Assembly: GCF_002113885.1 (NCBI RefSeq)
Contig: NW_018405342.1
Coordinates: 2,095,303-2,159,302 of the forward strand
Direction: 5' to 3'
Source: Mizuhopecten yessoensis
Taxonomy: Eukaryota
Length of the DNA: 64,000 bases
Program-made: the position numbers and the translations under genes
In this document: positions 1-14,400 of the stretch, one piece after another
Position numbering within the stretch: the first letter of the stretch is position 1
How the letters are laid out: the number at the start of each line of letters is the position of its first letter
Notes under the pieces: model-generated
The model's database searches: none
Told to the model about the DNA's origin: nothing
What the model saw: only the letters and a program-made list of their open reading frames with translations

Positions 1-2320
1 ATGACTATATACAGTTGAACAGTTCATCTTTTCAAGTTTAGCCACTCTTAGTTACTTTTACCAGCTAGTTTCCCTTCCTTCAATTCCAATGAAACAAAAT
101 ATTTGATTTTGATTAAAAAAAATTGGGATCAGAAATGTCTTTCTTTCAAAATTACACTTTGGCAAGATTCTAATACATTGGGTGTGTACGTATCTAACAA
201 CAATATTACTAATATACCTACTTATATATCGATTTATATAATGATACAAAAGTATCTATATCACTATCTATTTCATATATCAAACATAGATTTTCAACAC
301 TATTTTATCACGGTTTCGTTCATTACCATTACAATACGGTGACCAGCTATCAACATGTACCCTCTATTGCTCAGAATGTTTTTCTCTCTCTGCATAACAT
401 AAATGTAAATACCGTGGCACCCAGATATGTTGTACGCAAAGTTATAGACACACACAAGTGAAATTATCTTATAACCATTGTTGTAAATTTTGAAAGTGCA
501 AGGGTTTACTATTAAAGGAATCACATGGCGATAGAGGGTACATGGCTGGGACAGTGCTATCATCTCTATACTAATTAAGTACCTCGCTAAACACTAGTTA
601 GAACTCACCAACATTAACAATCCTCAACACACAGATACAGATCTTTTTTTATAAATGTAACATGGAATGGTCACAAGTCAGATGAACATTGAAGATAAAT
701 GAGTATTATTACATTTGCTAGGACTCATTCCAACTGGAAGCTGAATTATCTCCCCTTATATATCATTATATAAAAAAAAGTTTATCAAATATGAACATCA
801 TGAAGTACATTGTATTTCAATTTGTGGTAAAATACGCTGTTGACTATTTTTCAATTTTTTGGTCTTGCATATATTATGAAAAAACTTTAAACACAAAATG
901 TATCTTTTCATCTAGAAATTGAAGAAATGTCAAAAAGAACTATAAACTCCCTTTAGGGCAAAGCTGGAATAGCACATTTTCAGAAAATGTTTTTACCGGT
1001 CAAGTTAAGTGCATGATAAACATCAACCTATCAAATCTTTAGTACGGCAGTGCCATCACTTGTGGAACAGCATTACAACAAATTTACTCATGCAAAGTCT
1101 TTTTAATTCGTTTCTTTGTCATTTCTTAACATACTCCACAGGAGTCAGTTGTTTTTTCCATGAAATTTATGCACATGGATGTCTTACTTGTCTAACTACG
1201 AGTAAACTCTTTTTGATTAAAGATGAACCAGGGATGAGATAATAAATGATAAAAGTTTATAAATAATATTCAGAAACATCTGTACTTGTTAGAATTTACT
1301 TCATTCAAAACCTTCTGATTGAGGAAATGAAAAGAAATGTATTTAACCATTATTTTATTAAAAACATTCTTGTAGAATTCACAAGAAATTTTACTTGGAC
1401 AAGTCTTAAATTTGAGTGAATTTACATTTTGACCCCCAACAGCCACTTAGAACCCGAGGTCTTTCCTTCTAAATGAAGCGAATGACTGGACTATAGTTGT
1501 TCCAATTATATCTAGGGACATCTCAGATTTGAATATTGAAAATACCTGACCTACGGAACCTCAATAACTTTATTGAAATCTGATAATCTTAATTAACCCT
1601 GGAATTCTGGACGTTTCAACACAATCAAGCCCATTCAAAGTCAGTGCTCTGCTAACGAGCTACGTTGGAAACAATCAATCCTTTCATCACCAATGATAAA
1701 ACCACTTTGTGCAGGAATTAATGAAGCAATGTATCGTCACGTAATTTCAAATAACAAATTTCCTAGTATTAAAACTAATCTAGAAATTTGACATAATTCT
1801 GAAACTGAAATTTTCAGATTATAAACTATAAACTAATGGGGGGAAATTTCTAGTAAGAAGGGACATTTTTAGTTTCAAATACATCAACAAATCTGTGCCT
1901 AAATTACATATTCCATATCCTTTTTCTGTAACTTAAATGAGTACTTGTTTATTCATGGAAATTTAAGAGGACACAAAATTTTGGATAATTTGTGAATATT
2001 TATCATTATAAGGCATTGTTGTTGCAACAAAAAACTATTGGGGAGGAAATGTACTGCAGGGATTCGTTATAATTTTGTGAGCTTGTGTGTATTTCACAGA
2101 CAACTGTGATCTCTGACATTGGAAAGGAGCTGCAGTCAGCACAGGTATCGGTGATGTGACGTCCATGAATCTTGCATAAAACTGTCTTCATTTCTCATTG
2201 TCTCTTTGTGCTGTTTCTGTTGATATATCAGCTCTATTTGTCCTGAATGAGTACCCACGGATCCGTAAGAGTATGTACTGTTGTGATCTGTGGGGCGTAC
2301 GTCCCTGTCCACGTCCCGCG

Positions 2321-2433
2321 TTACGACAACTCTCTAGCATACTGTGCGGGGAAGAGACCTTCACAACCGTTTAGTTTTCTCCCCTTACACCATCCAAGCT
2401 CATCCTCCATCTTGATCTTGATAAATTTCTCAC
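2321..2433 (-). CDS. PACSIN: PACSIN last coding exon (GEKFIKIKMEDELGWCKGRKLNGCEGLFPAQYARELS*)
   Basis: TGTCCAG|GT acceptor, TAA at 2323-2321; SH3 Trp and GxxPxxY motifs. Confidence 0.94.
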
Positions 2434-5400
2434 CTGGACAGAAATCACAAAATCATTTCACTGGGGTTGAGAAAGATCTCTGCCATAAAACCAACTTAAT
2501 GCTCTATATCATCTTACATAATAAACTTGTTATTTTTGTTAGGAAGTTATCTCCCTTTTTTATTGATGTTGGTGGGGTTCGGGCAAAGGGAGAGTTGCCT
2601 CCCACCCCCTAATATTTTCATGCTTAAAATTCTACAGCTTCTGGAGGGATTCTCCTCCTTCTGAACAGCCTTACATGGGCATTCCAATCTGGACCCCTGG
2701 TTCAATTAGGCCTCAAGCAATGGCCTTAGGTTTGTATGAAAAATTATGATAAAGAAGGTGGGAATAATCCTTGAAAATTAAATGTGATGATATATTTGAT
2801 GCACTGCTTTCACAGACATGGTGTTTTTCAAAAAAGTTTTTTTGTGATTCATATAGGATCGTACCAACCTAATGTCAGGGTGAGTTCGTCGTCATCCTCA
2901 GACTTCGGTATGTAGTCGTACAGAACCTCCATTTCTATATGACATTCTGCACCGTCTTCCTCATCCTCAAAGGGGTTAGGTGTGCTCGCAGTCTCTAACC
3001 TCACCTGCTCCGGGACGCTGATAAAGGGAAACAAACACATAAAAGATTTACACTGATGGTAATGTGAATAAAACATCTCAAAGATGTGAATAAAGTATCT
3101 CAAATATTTAGACTGATGGTAATGTGAATAAAGTATCTCAAAGATTTAGACTGATGGCAATGTGAATAAAGCATCTCAAATATTTAGACTGATGGTAATG
3201 TGAATAAAGTATCTCAAAGATTTAATCTGATGGTAATGTGAATACAGCATCTCAAAGATTCAGACTGATGGCAATGTGAATAAAGTATAAAGTAAATGAA
3301 ATTTCATAATGGACTATTCGTTTGAATTGGAAGAATTCAAATGTGTCTTCAGGGGTGAATGAGTTAAAGACAGTATCACAGGAGTAATTACACCAACTTC
3401 AGAAGCATATACTACAGAGTTGAGTGATCCAGAAGCTGACAGTAGCAACTGAAGCTGGACAAGGTCCTTGTTCAACAAAAAAGTCAACTGAAGCTGGACA
3501 AGGTCCTTGTTCAACAAAAAAGTCAAATACTAACTCAAATTTATCAATAGCATGTTGTCTATATTACGCAAGCAAAAACATTCTGAAAATTGTATACAGA
3601 CAGAAATAATTAATGTATAACCATTGTTTGTCAAATAGTTCGGTAAGTATCATAATTAATGCATATTAAAATACATCATACCATGTATAGTGGTGATCTA
3701 ATATGCTATATCGGAGGTCAGAAATCAGGAAATTGTAGTACTCATGCAGGAATAGATCCAAACAGTTATTCAAGGCCTGAACTAGACATTAAATCTTAGA
3801 TGTAATACTACCTAACATTGTTACTTGTGATCATATGCCCATGCATGGACAGCATAACCTAAGTTAGTTAATTAGTACTAAGATAGGGGTTACAGTTTAG
3901 CATCGTCATAACATCATTCTTTTGAATAAATGAAGAAGAAAAGCAATTAATCACATCTTGATGCTGAAGAGTCTGTTCAAATACAAAAAGTGCTTAAAAT
4001 TCTCAAACAGCCACAGTCCACTGCAAGGTCTAGGGTGTCCAATCCACAGGGTCTTGAAATAACTGTGCAGTAGTGTTGTTTCAATAAATCAATCTAATCA
4101 ATGATAAATAATTTTATCTTTGACTATGACTGACTTAACAAACAGTTTAACCTTAACTCAAGTCAAGTTTTACCATAAACTCTGATCAAAACAAATCCTG
4201 CCAAAAACTAGGTCTTAACAAAATTATTCATCACATTATACCCATTTTGGTGAATGCCTCTCAATTTATTTCCCTTTTATTTTATGATCGATCAATGATC
4301 AATCTTCGATCGTTTGAGAAATATTGACGACTGATCTTGAATTTTGAAGTGATTCTCAACACTACTGCACAGATGTTGTACATCTCAGAGCAAGCTTTAG
4401 TAAATCATCACTTATTAAACTGGTATATGAATGCGTGTGATGTAAAACAAAGAACATATGGACAGATAACTGTGTGAATTCACCATAAAGACTTCAATTT
4501 TTAAAGAAATTTCAATATAACCCTGTAATATTTAATTACAATGACATGGAGGATGAATAAGTTTGGTTCCAGATATGAACTCTATCTGTAAAATTGATAT
4601 AAAGGGGGTGGGCTTATTACCGGTAAAACATAGGTATCAAATAGGTTTCTTAATTACTACATCATAATATCTTATATTTCTACTGAACTGTTACAGAAAG
4701 TGTACATAAGTTCTAATTGAAGTCGTTATTGTAGCAATTATGGTAGTGTATCGCATACATGTAAATGAGAATGTTCTAGAAATCTGTGGACAAAATACAT
4801 AGGAGTGTAAATAGAGTTTATGGCAATACAAAGAATTACGGGAATAAACGATGTATATAGTGTAACAGTGATTACAGATAAAAATGTAGAAATTCAATAC
4901 AGTGGGGTTTTAGGTAAGCAGATTTTTGTAATATATTTTTGTGAAAAAAAGGGATCCACAAATTTAATTAGGCTATATGACTGAAATGCTCTGAAGAAGA
5001 ATAAATACATAAATATGTTATCTTTAAGACAATGTGATATGTGATCTATGTTCTTAACCCTTTCACCCCTATGAAACTTTAGTAGACTCTACCATGCATT
5101 GATCTGGATGAGTCCATTATAGTCTACAGTGTTTAAAGGGTTAACAGTATGTAATGGGAACATATTTACATCTTCTAGGCATGGCTACATAGTAAAACCA
5201 CCTTATAATGCCATTCTTTTTATTGTCGCTTTGGACGATTGGGTCTCTCAAATCAAGAAAAAATAACTCTAAAAAGTCTCTCATTAATCCTTTTGTAACA
5301 TTATAAACCATTGCCTAACCCAATAAAACACTGTATATCTACTGAATAAATGATGGCAATATAACCGGATCCTACTGCGATACACAATGTCAGCTAGGTC

Positions 5401-8400
5401 CTAATATTCATTAAAGTAAGTCGGTTTTCTAAGATAATGGTAGAATGGCTGACAGGCAAAGGAAGAATATCGTCATTATCATTTAAGGAGTCAAAAATAA
5501 CCAGCAATCAAACTTGCAAATTGAAAATTTATAGAGAAAAGAAATTATCTTCGAAAATTGCATTTTATTTATGCAAAATGATTCCCCTTCAATACAAAGT
5601 GGCATGCCCCTGAAAATATTATCAATAAGACAATTTCACAAGTACTGTCAAGTACTGTTGTTTTGTTAGACTTGTACTGGGTTTGGAATAGGGTATGCAT
5701 ACAGTAGTTTTGGTGGTTATTTCATGAACTCCCAAAATATTGGAAACGTTAACATCATGGTATGATTATAGTTATTTATGCTCGTTATAACTAGAATCCA
5801 CAGTTTGTTCGTAGCCATATGTTACACCATTCTTATGGACAAAAGACAACATGTTTACTGATTGGTCAATAACAAAGAGGTCAGTAGATTTCAAGAGGAA
5901 CTCATCGGTCATTTCAGAGTTTACATTGCTGTATGATACATTTCCTGGACATTTCTGGAAATATTATCTTCATCAAAAATTTCATTTTTTTTTTACCAGA
6001 CTTATGTCTGTGAACTTGAACATCAATGTTTGGAACAATCAATGACAGCTACCAAACTCACTTTTGCAGTTGAATCAGGGTTTTTTTAAAAGAAAAGTAT
6101 CTTTCGACTCTTCTCATTAAAACGCGATCAACATTTTGTCTTCTGTGCAAAAACTAAATCAAAAATGCAATTAACATTCACTAAAAAGATGAACATTCGC
6201 AAATAAATAAAAATGCTTTATATATATATTCACAGATGAACTTCTTTCAATATTCAGCAAAACGTTATCCTTGAACTCACCCCTACAATTTTATACTGGA
6301 CCTGCCCAGTCATTGATTTGGTAAGGTTCAAATGTGACTTTAGGGGTGAATGGACCAGCTAAACCTCATCATACTACTACAGCTTCTGGTAGGCCTGTTG
6401 ATACTGTATCAACATAGTGCCTAAAGCTAGGGATCTATATTTTGTTTTTCCATTTTCTGATTTTTTTGATGTGTTAACTTGTAGCAATGCTTTCTTTCAG
6501 TATTACATGTAGTCATGTACTGAAAATTTGAAGTTCATATATAAATAATATGCAAACCTTAATTAAACATTCCAATTAAATTACTGAAAACATTCACAAA
6601 ATGCAATAATAATAATAATAATATAACTAAGAGTGGGAGGTTCAACAGAAGATAACAAGCCCATTCTAAACAATGCCCTGATGCAATATATACAAATACA
6701 GGTCTAAACTGGTTACGTTTGTTTGGTTGGTGTTTTACTTGAGAGCCGATCTCCTCCCAAGTCTGTGTCATCATCATCATCTGAACCAAACGGATTTAAT
6801 TTCTCGTCATAAGACTTTTTCCTGGTAGATTGGAAGCGAGAAATTGTCATTGCACAGGTGTTTTGTACATCGAAATTAATGAAGACATTTCGAAAAAATA
6901 TTGATTGTTTAAAAATAAAAATAATAATATACAAGACGGTTTAAAGAACATAATTATCAAAATTGTGCCTAAAAACGAAATCCCTGTAAGGAAAAAATAA
7001 CATTACCATACTACAACAGTAAAACAATATCTGACAGGAGTGAAATACAACACCACTACAAAACGGTTTCATTAAAATGAATAAATAAAATCATTAAACC
7101 AAAAACTGTATAGTTTCACTAACCACACAAATACAGAATCCAATATACATACATTGGTATCTGACTCCAAAAGTCAAACGGACTGCAAAAATAACTCAAT
7201 TTTGTAAAGCCAGTCAACTTTGTTTAAGAGTTATCTCCCTTTGTTCATATATTAACAATGTTGCTCTACCTCTGTCACACAAATGTTTTACTTGGCTTGC
7301 ACTAGTAGACTCTACTATACATTTATCTGGGTGAGTCCATTATAGTCTACAGTGGTGAAAGGGTTAAATGATGCCCAATTGTGGAAACAAGTAACTCCTA
7401 TTAAAATGATTCAAATGATTTTTCTTTTTTTTTGAAATTTATATTAGCACCATCACGCTTTAGATAATGTACTGCTTATTGAAGTTTCTCATTGTACACT
7501 AAGTAAAAAGCCCTCCAAAGTGCGTGTGCTTAAAACAAATTTGTTTACATTAGTTCACATCTATTAGTGAATTAAAAATACCTAACTCCCAGGTCCAAAA
7601 AAAACGTTTTTCTTACTTTCTACCCATAAAAATTATAATTTTTCGCAGTCTCCCCACTACCTGTCCAATGCTTAACCCTTAACTCAAAACAAGAAATTTC
7701 CCATCCACCCATTCAACAATCACACTTCCAACTCAACCCGACATAACAGATGACACCCAAGTCTTAAAATTTCAGTTTTTCCTTTTTGTCCATCCATGAC
7801 CATTACCATTTCCTTCGAAATCCCTTGACACCTGTCCAGTATATAGGTAACCCTTAATTTAAAACAATTGATTTCCCCCCACCCATCACATTTTCGAGTC
7901 CACCACCACACTTCAGTACTGACCTGCTGACGTCCACCTCGGCCCTCGTCTCCACCACATTGCTGCTGTAGCTGGATTCTTGCTGTGAGGGCACGGGTTG
8001 GTAGGTATCGTTGTGGGTATCACTGTGGGTGTTGGAGGTGTTGGAGGTGCGAGATGTTCGGGGCGACGAATTGTTGAAAGAGTTGGTGTCGGTTGAGGGT
8101 TGGTACACATCACCCTTGTGACGTATACTGGTGATCGTGATTCCGTCCCCGCCAAGCTGCGACTTCTTCTCCTTCTTGGATATGTTTGCCAGGTCGGGAG
8201 AGTATTCCTGTACACAGAATCATCAGTAATACATGTATATGTGTTTACTTTTTCACCCTTTCATATCAAAACTCGTCTTACCCAGTCATTGATTTGGTCA
8301 GGTTCAAAAGGGACTTTAGGGATGAAAGAGTTAGGTTCAAATGTGACTTTAGGAGTGATTGAGTTAAAGATAGAGAATTCCACTTGCAGGGTTATAAATT

Positions 8401-11400
8401 GGAGTTATACCCAATACTCCACTAATGGATCTACTCTGATCATAATCTCAAGAATGGAATATTCCTTTCACAAACAGGTATGAAATAGTCTTTTTCTCTC
8501 AAATTGGACCTTATAAATCATGTCAATTTATGGTGAGAAACTAATTCACTACATATCTCATTCTTGATAGAACCTAAATACTGACTTACAAGCAGGGATT
8601 GGGGCTAAAACTAGCTCCGTTATATTTTTGACGTTTTCTTCTTCACAATTTGGGTAAAATTATTATCTTTTATTTTTCATATTTATTTCAGTATAGTTCT
8701 ACCAAATATATATGAAGCATTTTTATTTTCAAATTTCTAACTTTAGGAGCTGCATTACCTTATACAGACAAAATCATGGCTAGAAATACAAATTATTGAA
8801 GAGGTGGTCAATGTGAGATAAATGTAAAGTTGTAGGATACATCACAAAAAGACATGGTCCGTACCTCAAATGTGGGCCAATTCATGGGCATGTCAGCACC
8901 GCTCTTCTGAGACCACCAGGCTAGGTCACTGTCTGAATCCGCCTTACTGATCGTGTCGTGTAGATCTGAGTATAACTTGGAAAACCTACAACAGGTCATA
9001 GGAGGTTACAATGAGTTTATTTTAGACATAACACATTGCTTTTTCATGATTTATCTACATATACCATGTCTGATGTTTATAGCGAACGCCAATGGTGGCT
9101 GGGAGATGCTCCGAAAACTTAGACGGATGGACAAACACAAAACACACAAGGTGAATACTAAACATAATCTTTACTTCATTCCATTAAGGCAATAATAACA
9201 TGGAGTTTATTAAGACCCCCTGCATACTAACAACCAGGCCAACAGTTTATATCAGTTCACATATTTTGTTTCATATTTGTGAAGATAAATAAAGTTTATA
9301 TGTATCTAAAATAAATTCACCTACCTGGTAAATTACAGAACCCAGCAACCATGTATATATAAATTCATTGTTCCATGAAACAATTACAAAGTTCAGGATG
9401 TTTTCCAATAATTAACACGTACACCACAAAGAAGAGGGAAATTACATTAAGAGCCTAGGACTGTGGATCAATAGAAGGAAGTATCAACATTTATCAAAAT
9501 AAATTTCCCGAGGCAGTGAAACAAACAATACACACTTCCACCAGCTGTCACGGAAATCATAAAAGGCAGTCAATTCAAAATTGAACTTCTTATAGTTCCT
9601 AGAAGCTGAACATTTTTATCCTCAGCTCTCATCCATATATATTTTTTGTAATTTTTGTACCATCTTCTTTCTGAATTACTATTGAACACTACAGGATTTT
9701 TAATGAAAGGTACCTACTTATTACATATACAAGGAAGGGCATTTCTAAAAACTCTGATAACATGGGCCACCTTGATGTCTAGGGACACAGGCAAGTCATA
9801 TATAAGGGAGATAACTCATATAAATCTGTAAATTTACCTGGGTTCTGACGACAGGTCCAGACACTCGTGAAGCACAAACATTGTTTTCTTGAAAAATTCC
9901 ATTCTTTCCCTCTCAAAGTTTTGGCATTTTTCAAATACCTAGTTAAAGATATAACAATTTTAGTCATTAACATGTTTACTACATAACCATGCTATACAAA
10001 TGTAAATACGAATATGAAGACAACGGTAACGAGGTGTCTGCTGTCTCTAATGATCTCCCTTGTAGGTGTTAAGTATTATATCTCTTGCTTAAATAACACT
10101 GAACTGCTTTTCCTTGTATGTATATTCCTATATCACTAAGTGTATATAAATTGTTCTATAATAATTATTCAATTGATAAAATGATGTGAAGTTGTCTCAC
10201 TTTGGTCTTCATAATGATTTTTCATTTATCGATATTTGATTTTTTGTCAATGAAATATATTGACATCAAAATATAACTGTCTATGCCTCTAATAAATTCC
10301 ACTTAAATTATCTGCATTATTTGTACAGCTGAAGTTGATTCCCTATTTACTATTTCCCTTGACGACAGACAATATCTGAACCATTCAAAATCCATAATTA
10401 AATTTGCCTTCTTAAACTTCAGTTTATCTCCCTTGGTTGTTATCTCCCTTGTCCAGATATTTTACCTCATTCATGTCCTCTATATACTTTGCGTTGTAAC
10501 CGTTTAGATCATTCAAGCAAGCTTCGTATTTATCCTTGGACTGTTCTACATCAGCCTGGTATTTTCGTAATTTATCTTGGATCTTTTTCAACTGAAAATA
10601 TACAACATAATATTTATGATTAATGTTTATTGAAACTAAATGTCACAGTACTTGAACTGAACAAATATGCTGTATTGACAGTAAAAATTCTATTAGAAAA
10701 TATTGGTTGTGCGAGCAAAAATGTTCAAATATGGCTTCAGAATTTGCTGAATTTGCAAATTAGTATTGTACACTTCTGATATGAACATGACTATAGAGTA
10801 TATATGAGTTAATATTATCTTAATACAGCTTCACCTGAAAAAAACAGTCAATCAATTACTCTAAACACAGCTGTAATATCAAATCTCATTGGTATATTGA
10901 TTAACTCTAATATTATTTAAGAAACTGTTTTATCAAATTTCTTTCTTTTATATATTTTTATTATATATGTATATATCAATTCCTTCACATGGACATTTAA
11001 TCCTTTTTTATTACATATTTTACTATATACATACTATATATATATTTTTACTATATAGATATTTTGCCTGTGCCTTATGTATACACATATACATTGCATG
11101 AGCAATGTTTAACCGTTAATTATTTAAAGCAGTTAACAGCTGCTTTTGACAGAATGGAATGGAGGATGACTCAGCTACATTTCTAACAGCAACACCCAAG
11201 GTCTTTCAACCAGACGTGAGTTCGTCCGGTGCAGAATGTCACCGAAGCAAAAAATTCCTTCTGATCTTGCAGGGAAAATGTCAGGAAATGCCATAATATA
11301 TTAATGTTTAGATAAATTGTCTACTACTTGGATAATAGCCGTGCCAGACTTCCCAAAAACAACATTTATGTTCAAGTTCAAGGAACGCTCTGTTACACAC

Positions 11401-14400
11401 TGCAAACTTGTATTAGAGGACTAGAAATACAAAAATCTTCCAATATAGATATCCATGAAATATATACAACGATAAACAGCTTTTTAGAGTTTATGTGCAA
11501 AAAGGTTTACAGTGAAATGTTTATTTAATTTGTTCATTTTCTGTACTTTAAAATGCATTAAACTAAAGTAAAATCAGTCCACATGTAATTTAAGCATACC
11601 AGAAATAGTTTCATACAATAATATTTTTTTTTAAATGAGTCAACTTATCAATTGTCATCATAAAATCTAGTCAACTTTGAGATGTATACTGCCTTTTGTA
11701 TATATTCTGTGACATGGAGACTTGAAGATGTATGCTACGGTATACATATTTATTACATACTTACTAATAAATACGGGGATTTTGTATATGCGATACGACA
11801 CAATTGCTCTAACCCATATCAGCCCTCGCCGTATCACACCCCAAAACCCGTATCAGCCCGCAAAACCCATATCACACCCCTTTTGGAAAAAAAATCGTTT
11901 TTCAATATTTCAAAAATAAAAATAAAGCATAAGATAGTAGTTTTTATTAGTAATTATGTAATAAACAGAATAAAACACGCCTTTTTCCATATCACACCCA
12001 GTATCAATCCTCGACCAATATCAGACCTCCGGCCTTCGGCCCTTGGGCTGATATTGCAGTCTCGGGTGGATACTGGGTGTGATATGGAAAAAGGCATGTA
12101 TTATTCTCTATATATTATGTGATATGGAGACTTAAGTATGTATGATACCTTATACATATATATTATGTGATATGGAGACTTAAGGATGTATGATACCTTA
12201 TACATATATATTATGTGATATGGAGACTTAAGGATGTATGTTACCTTACTGTGACAAGGAGTCACCTAAGGATGTATTCTATCTACCTTACATATATATT
12301 CTGTGACAAGGAAACTTAAGGATGCATGCTACCTTACTCTGACATGGAGACATAAGGATGTATTGTAGCTACCTTACATATATATTCTGTGACAAGGACA
12401 CTTAAGGATGTATGTTACCTTACTGTGACATCGATACTTCAGGATATATATACTACCTTACATATATTCTGTGACATTGAAACTTAAGGATGTATGCTAC
12501 CTTACTGTGACATTGAATTGTTCAGGATGTATGCTACCTTACTGTGACATTGAATTGTTCAGGATGTATGCTACCTTACTGTGACATTGCATTGTTAAGG
12601 ATGTATGCTACCTTACTGTGACATTGCATTGTTAAGGATGTATGCTACCTTACTGTGAGCTGTATTTCCTACACAGAAGAGTTCCACATTAACTGTAAAG
12701 TATTTTCTATATATGTTAATTTTGACCGGTTTAAGACCTGCATTAGGTTTAATTTTGGGTGACTTTTATTAATGTATATGGACATCTATAAAACCACTTG
12801 TCAAATAAGATAAATGTTAGCTTCAATTCACAAGGTCTTTATTCACAAAAATTATTATACCTGTCTAAAATGACCACTTATGGAGACCATGTCCAGTTTT
12901 TAATTCTCAGTTGGGTGACCTAATATAGCAAATTATATATACAGTGGTACCTATCTAAAAAGCATCTATTAAAACCTAATCAGCCTTTATTCTAACTTAC
13001 ATTGGGTGGTCTTAATTGACAGAGTTTCTTGGAACTGCAACAATACCATACTGATACATATTGAGTTTTGTAAAACAAAACAAAAACAAAAAATATTATG
13101 TAGTTATACAACTTCGATTTTGTCAATTTTGCTGTACATATACCTATATTATGTATACATGCTACTTTAAAAGACAATAGCAGACATCGCGATTCCACAT
13201 TTAAAATTTTCTGGGGAGAATTTATTAACACCATAAAGTCTGTTATAGTATAAACACCACACACAGCTGTTGTGTTTACTTACACTACCTACAACAGGAA
13301 AGTCTGATTATGATCACATGCTGCACATGCTGATGTTTAAACCTGATGACAAATGTGTCTGTAAATACATCCTGCTGTGTGCAGGCCCCTAAGCTCTGTG
13401 ATATTAACATCACGCTCTGTAATAAGCCCACCCCTTTTTTGAACAGATTTTTACACTTTTAGGTTTACTGCAGAGAAACTCAATTGTAAGTTGCAAGTTT
13501 ATAATAAAGTGTATATAAGAAGTTCCATTGCAACCTTATGGGCCCCCTACTTCCTGGATCCACCATAGTGATGTCGCTGGATACAAATGTATACATACTT
13601 AGTGTTGGCACTAGTCTTCTTACAATCAGCTCAGATCATGAGCAGATAATAGCATTAATATCATCTACATTATTGTATGTATTGTAATTAAGTCATGGTT
13701 TTATTATATATAAGTACATGTCTACATGTTTCAACATTTGACGTTTAAACTTGTTAAGAACCTACAGCTAATACACAGGAAGTGTTTCTGGATCATTGCA
13801 TAAGAATTTGGTAATTATTGTGCTGTAAATGTTTGTCTGAATGGAATGTTTTTTTCTCACCTATTTAGCTTTGGCGTATTTTTATACAACATACTTGCAT
13901 CAGGTTCAGGGAGAGCAGAGGAGGAGTAGGGTGGGTCTAGTGGGTGACTGGGATGGAAGAATGGTGGGTATAGTTGGGTTGCAATGAGGGGTGCATGGGT
14001 GTGTGCTGGGACTATCAGGTTTCAGGTGGAAGGTAAACAGACCAAGGTTGACACAACATAGTGTGGTCAGGTGTGGGAGTGTCTGAGTGTTTGTGTATGC
14101 TGTGGTGGGAGGTTGAATAGTCAGGTGTGGGGTGGGGTGTAATGGTCGGGTGTGGGAGAGTCTGAGTGTTTGTGTATGCTGGGGTGGGATGTTGAATAGT
14201 CAGGTGTGGGGTGGGGTAGTGGTCAGGGGTGGGAGGGTCTGAGTGTTTGTGTATGCTGTGGGGGGATGTTGCATAGTCAGGTGTGGGGTGGGGTAATGGT
14301 CAGGTTTGGGAGAGTCTGAGTGTTTGTGTATGCTGGGGTGGGATGTTGAATAGTCAGGTGTGGGTTGGGGTAATGGTCAGGTGTGGGAGTGTCTGAGTGG

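Noticed and set aside
2998-3007. Strong donor-like CAG|GTGAGG inside PACSIN coding exon 9
   Set aside because: Using it would give a 13-nt exon out of frame with the last exon and delete the NPF and SH3; the downstream sequence is clearly coding.
5130-5144. Extra NPF-encoding sequence (AAC CCT TT) in the PACSIN linker intron
   Set aside because: It is the terminal inverted repeat of the 91-bp MITE, not an exon.
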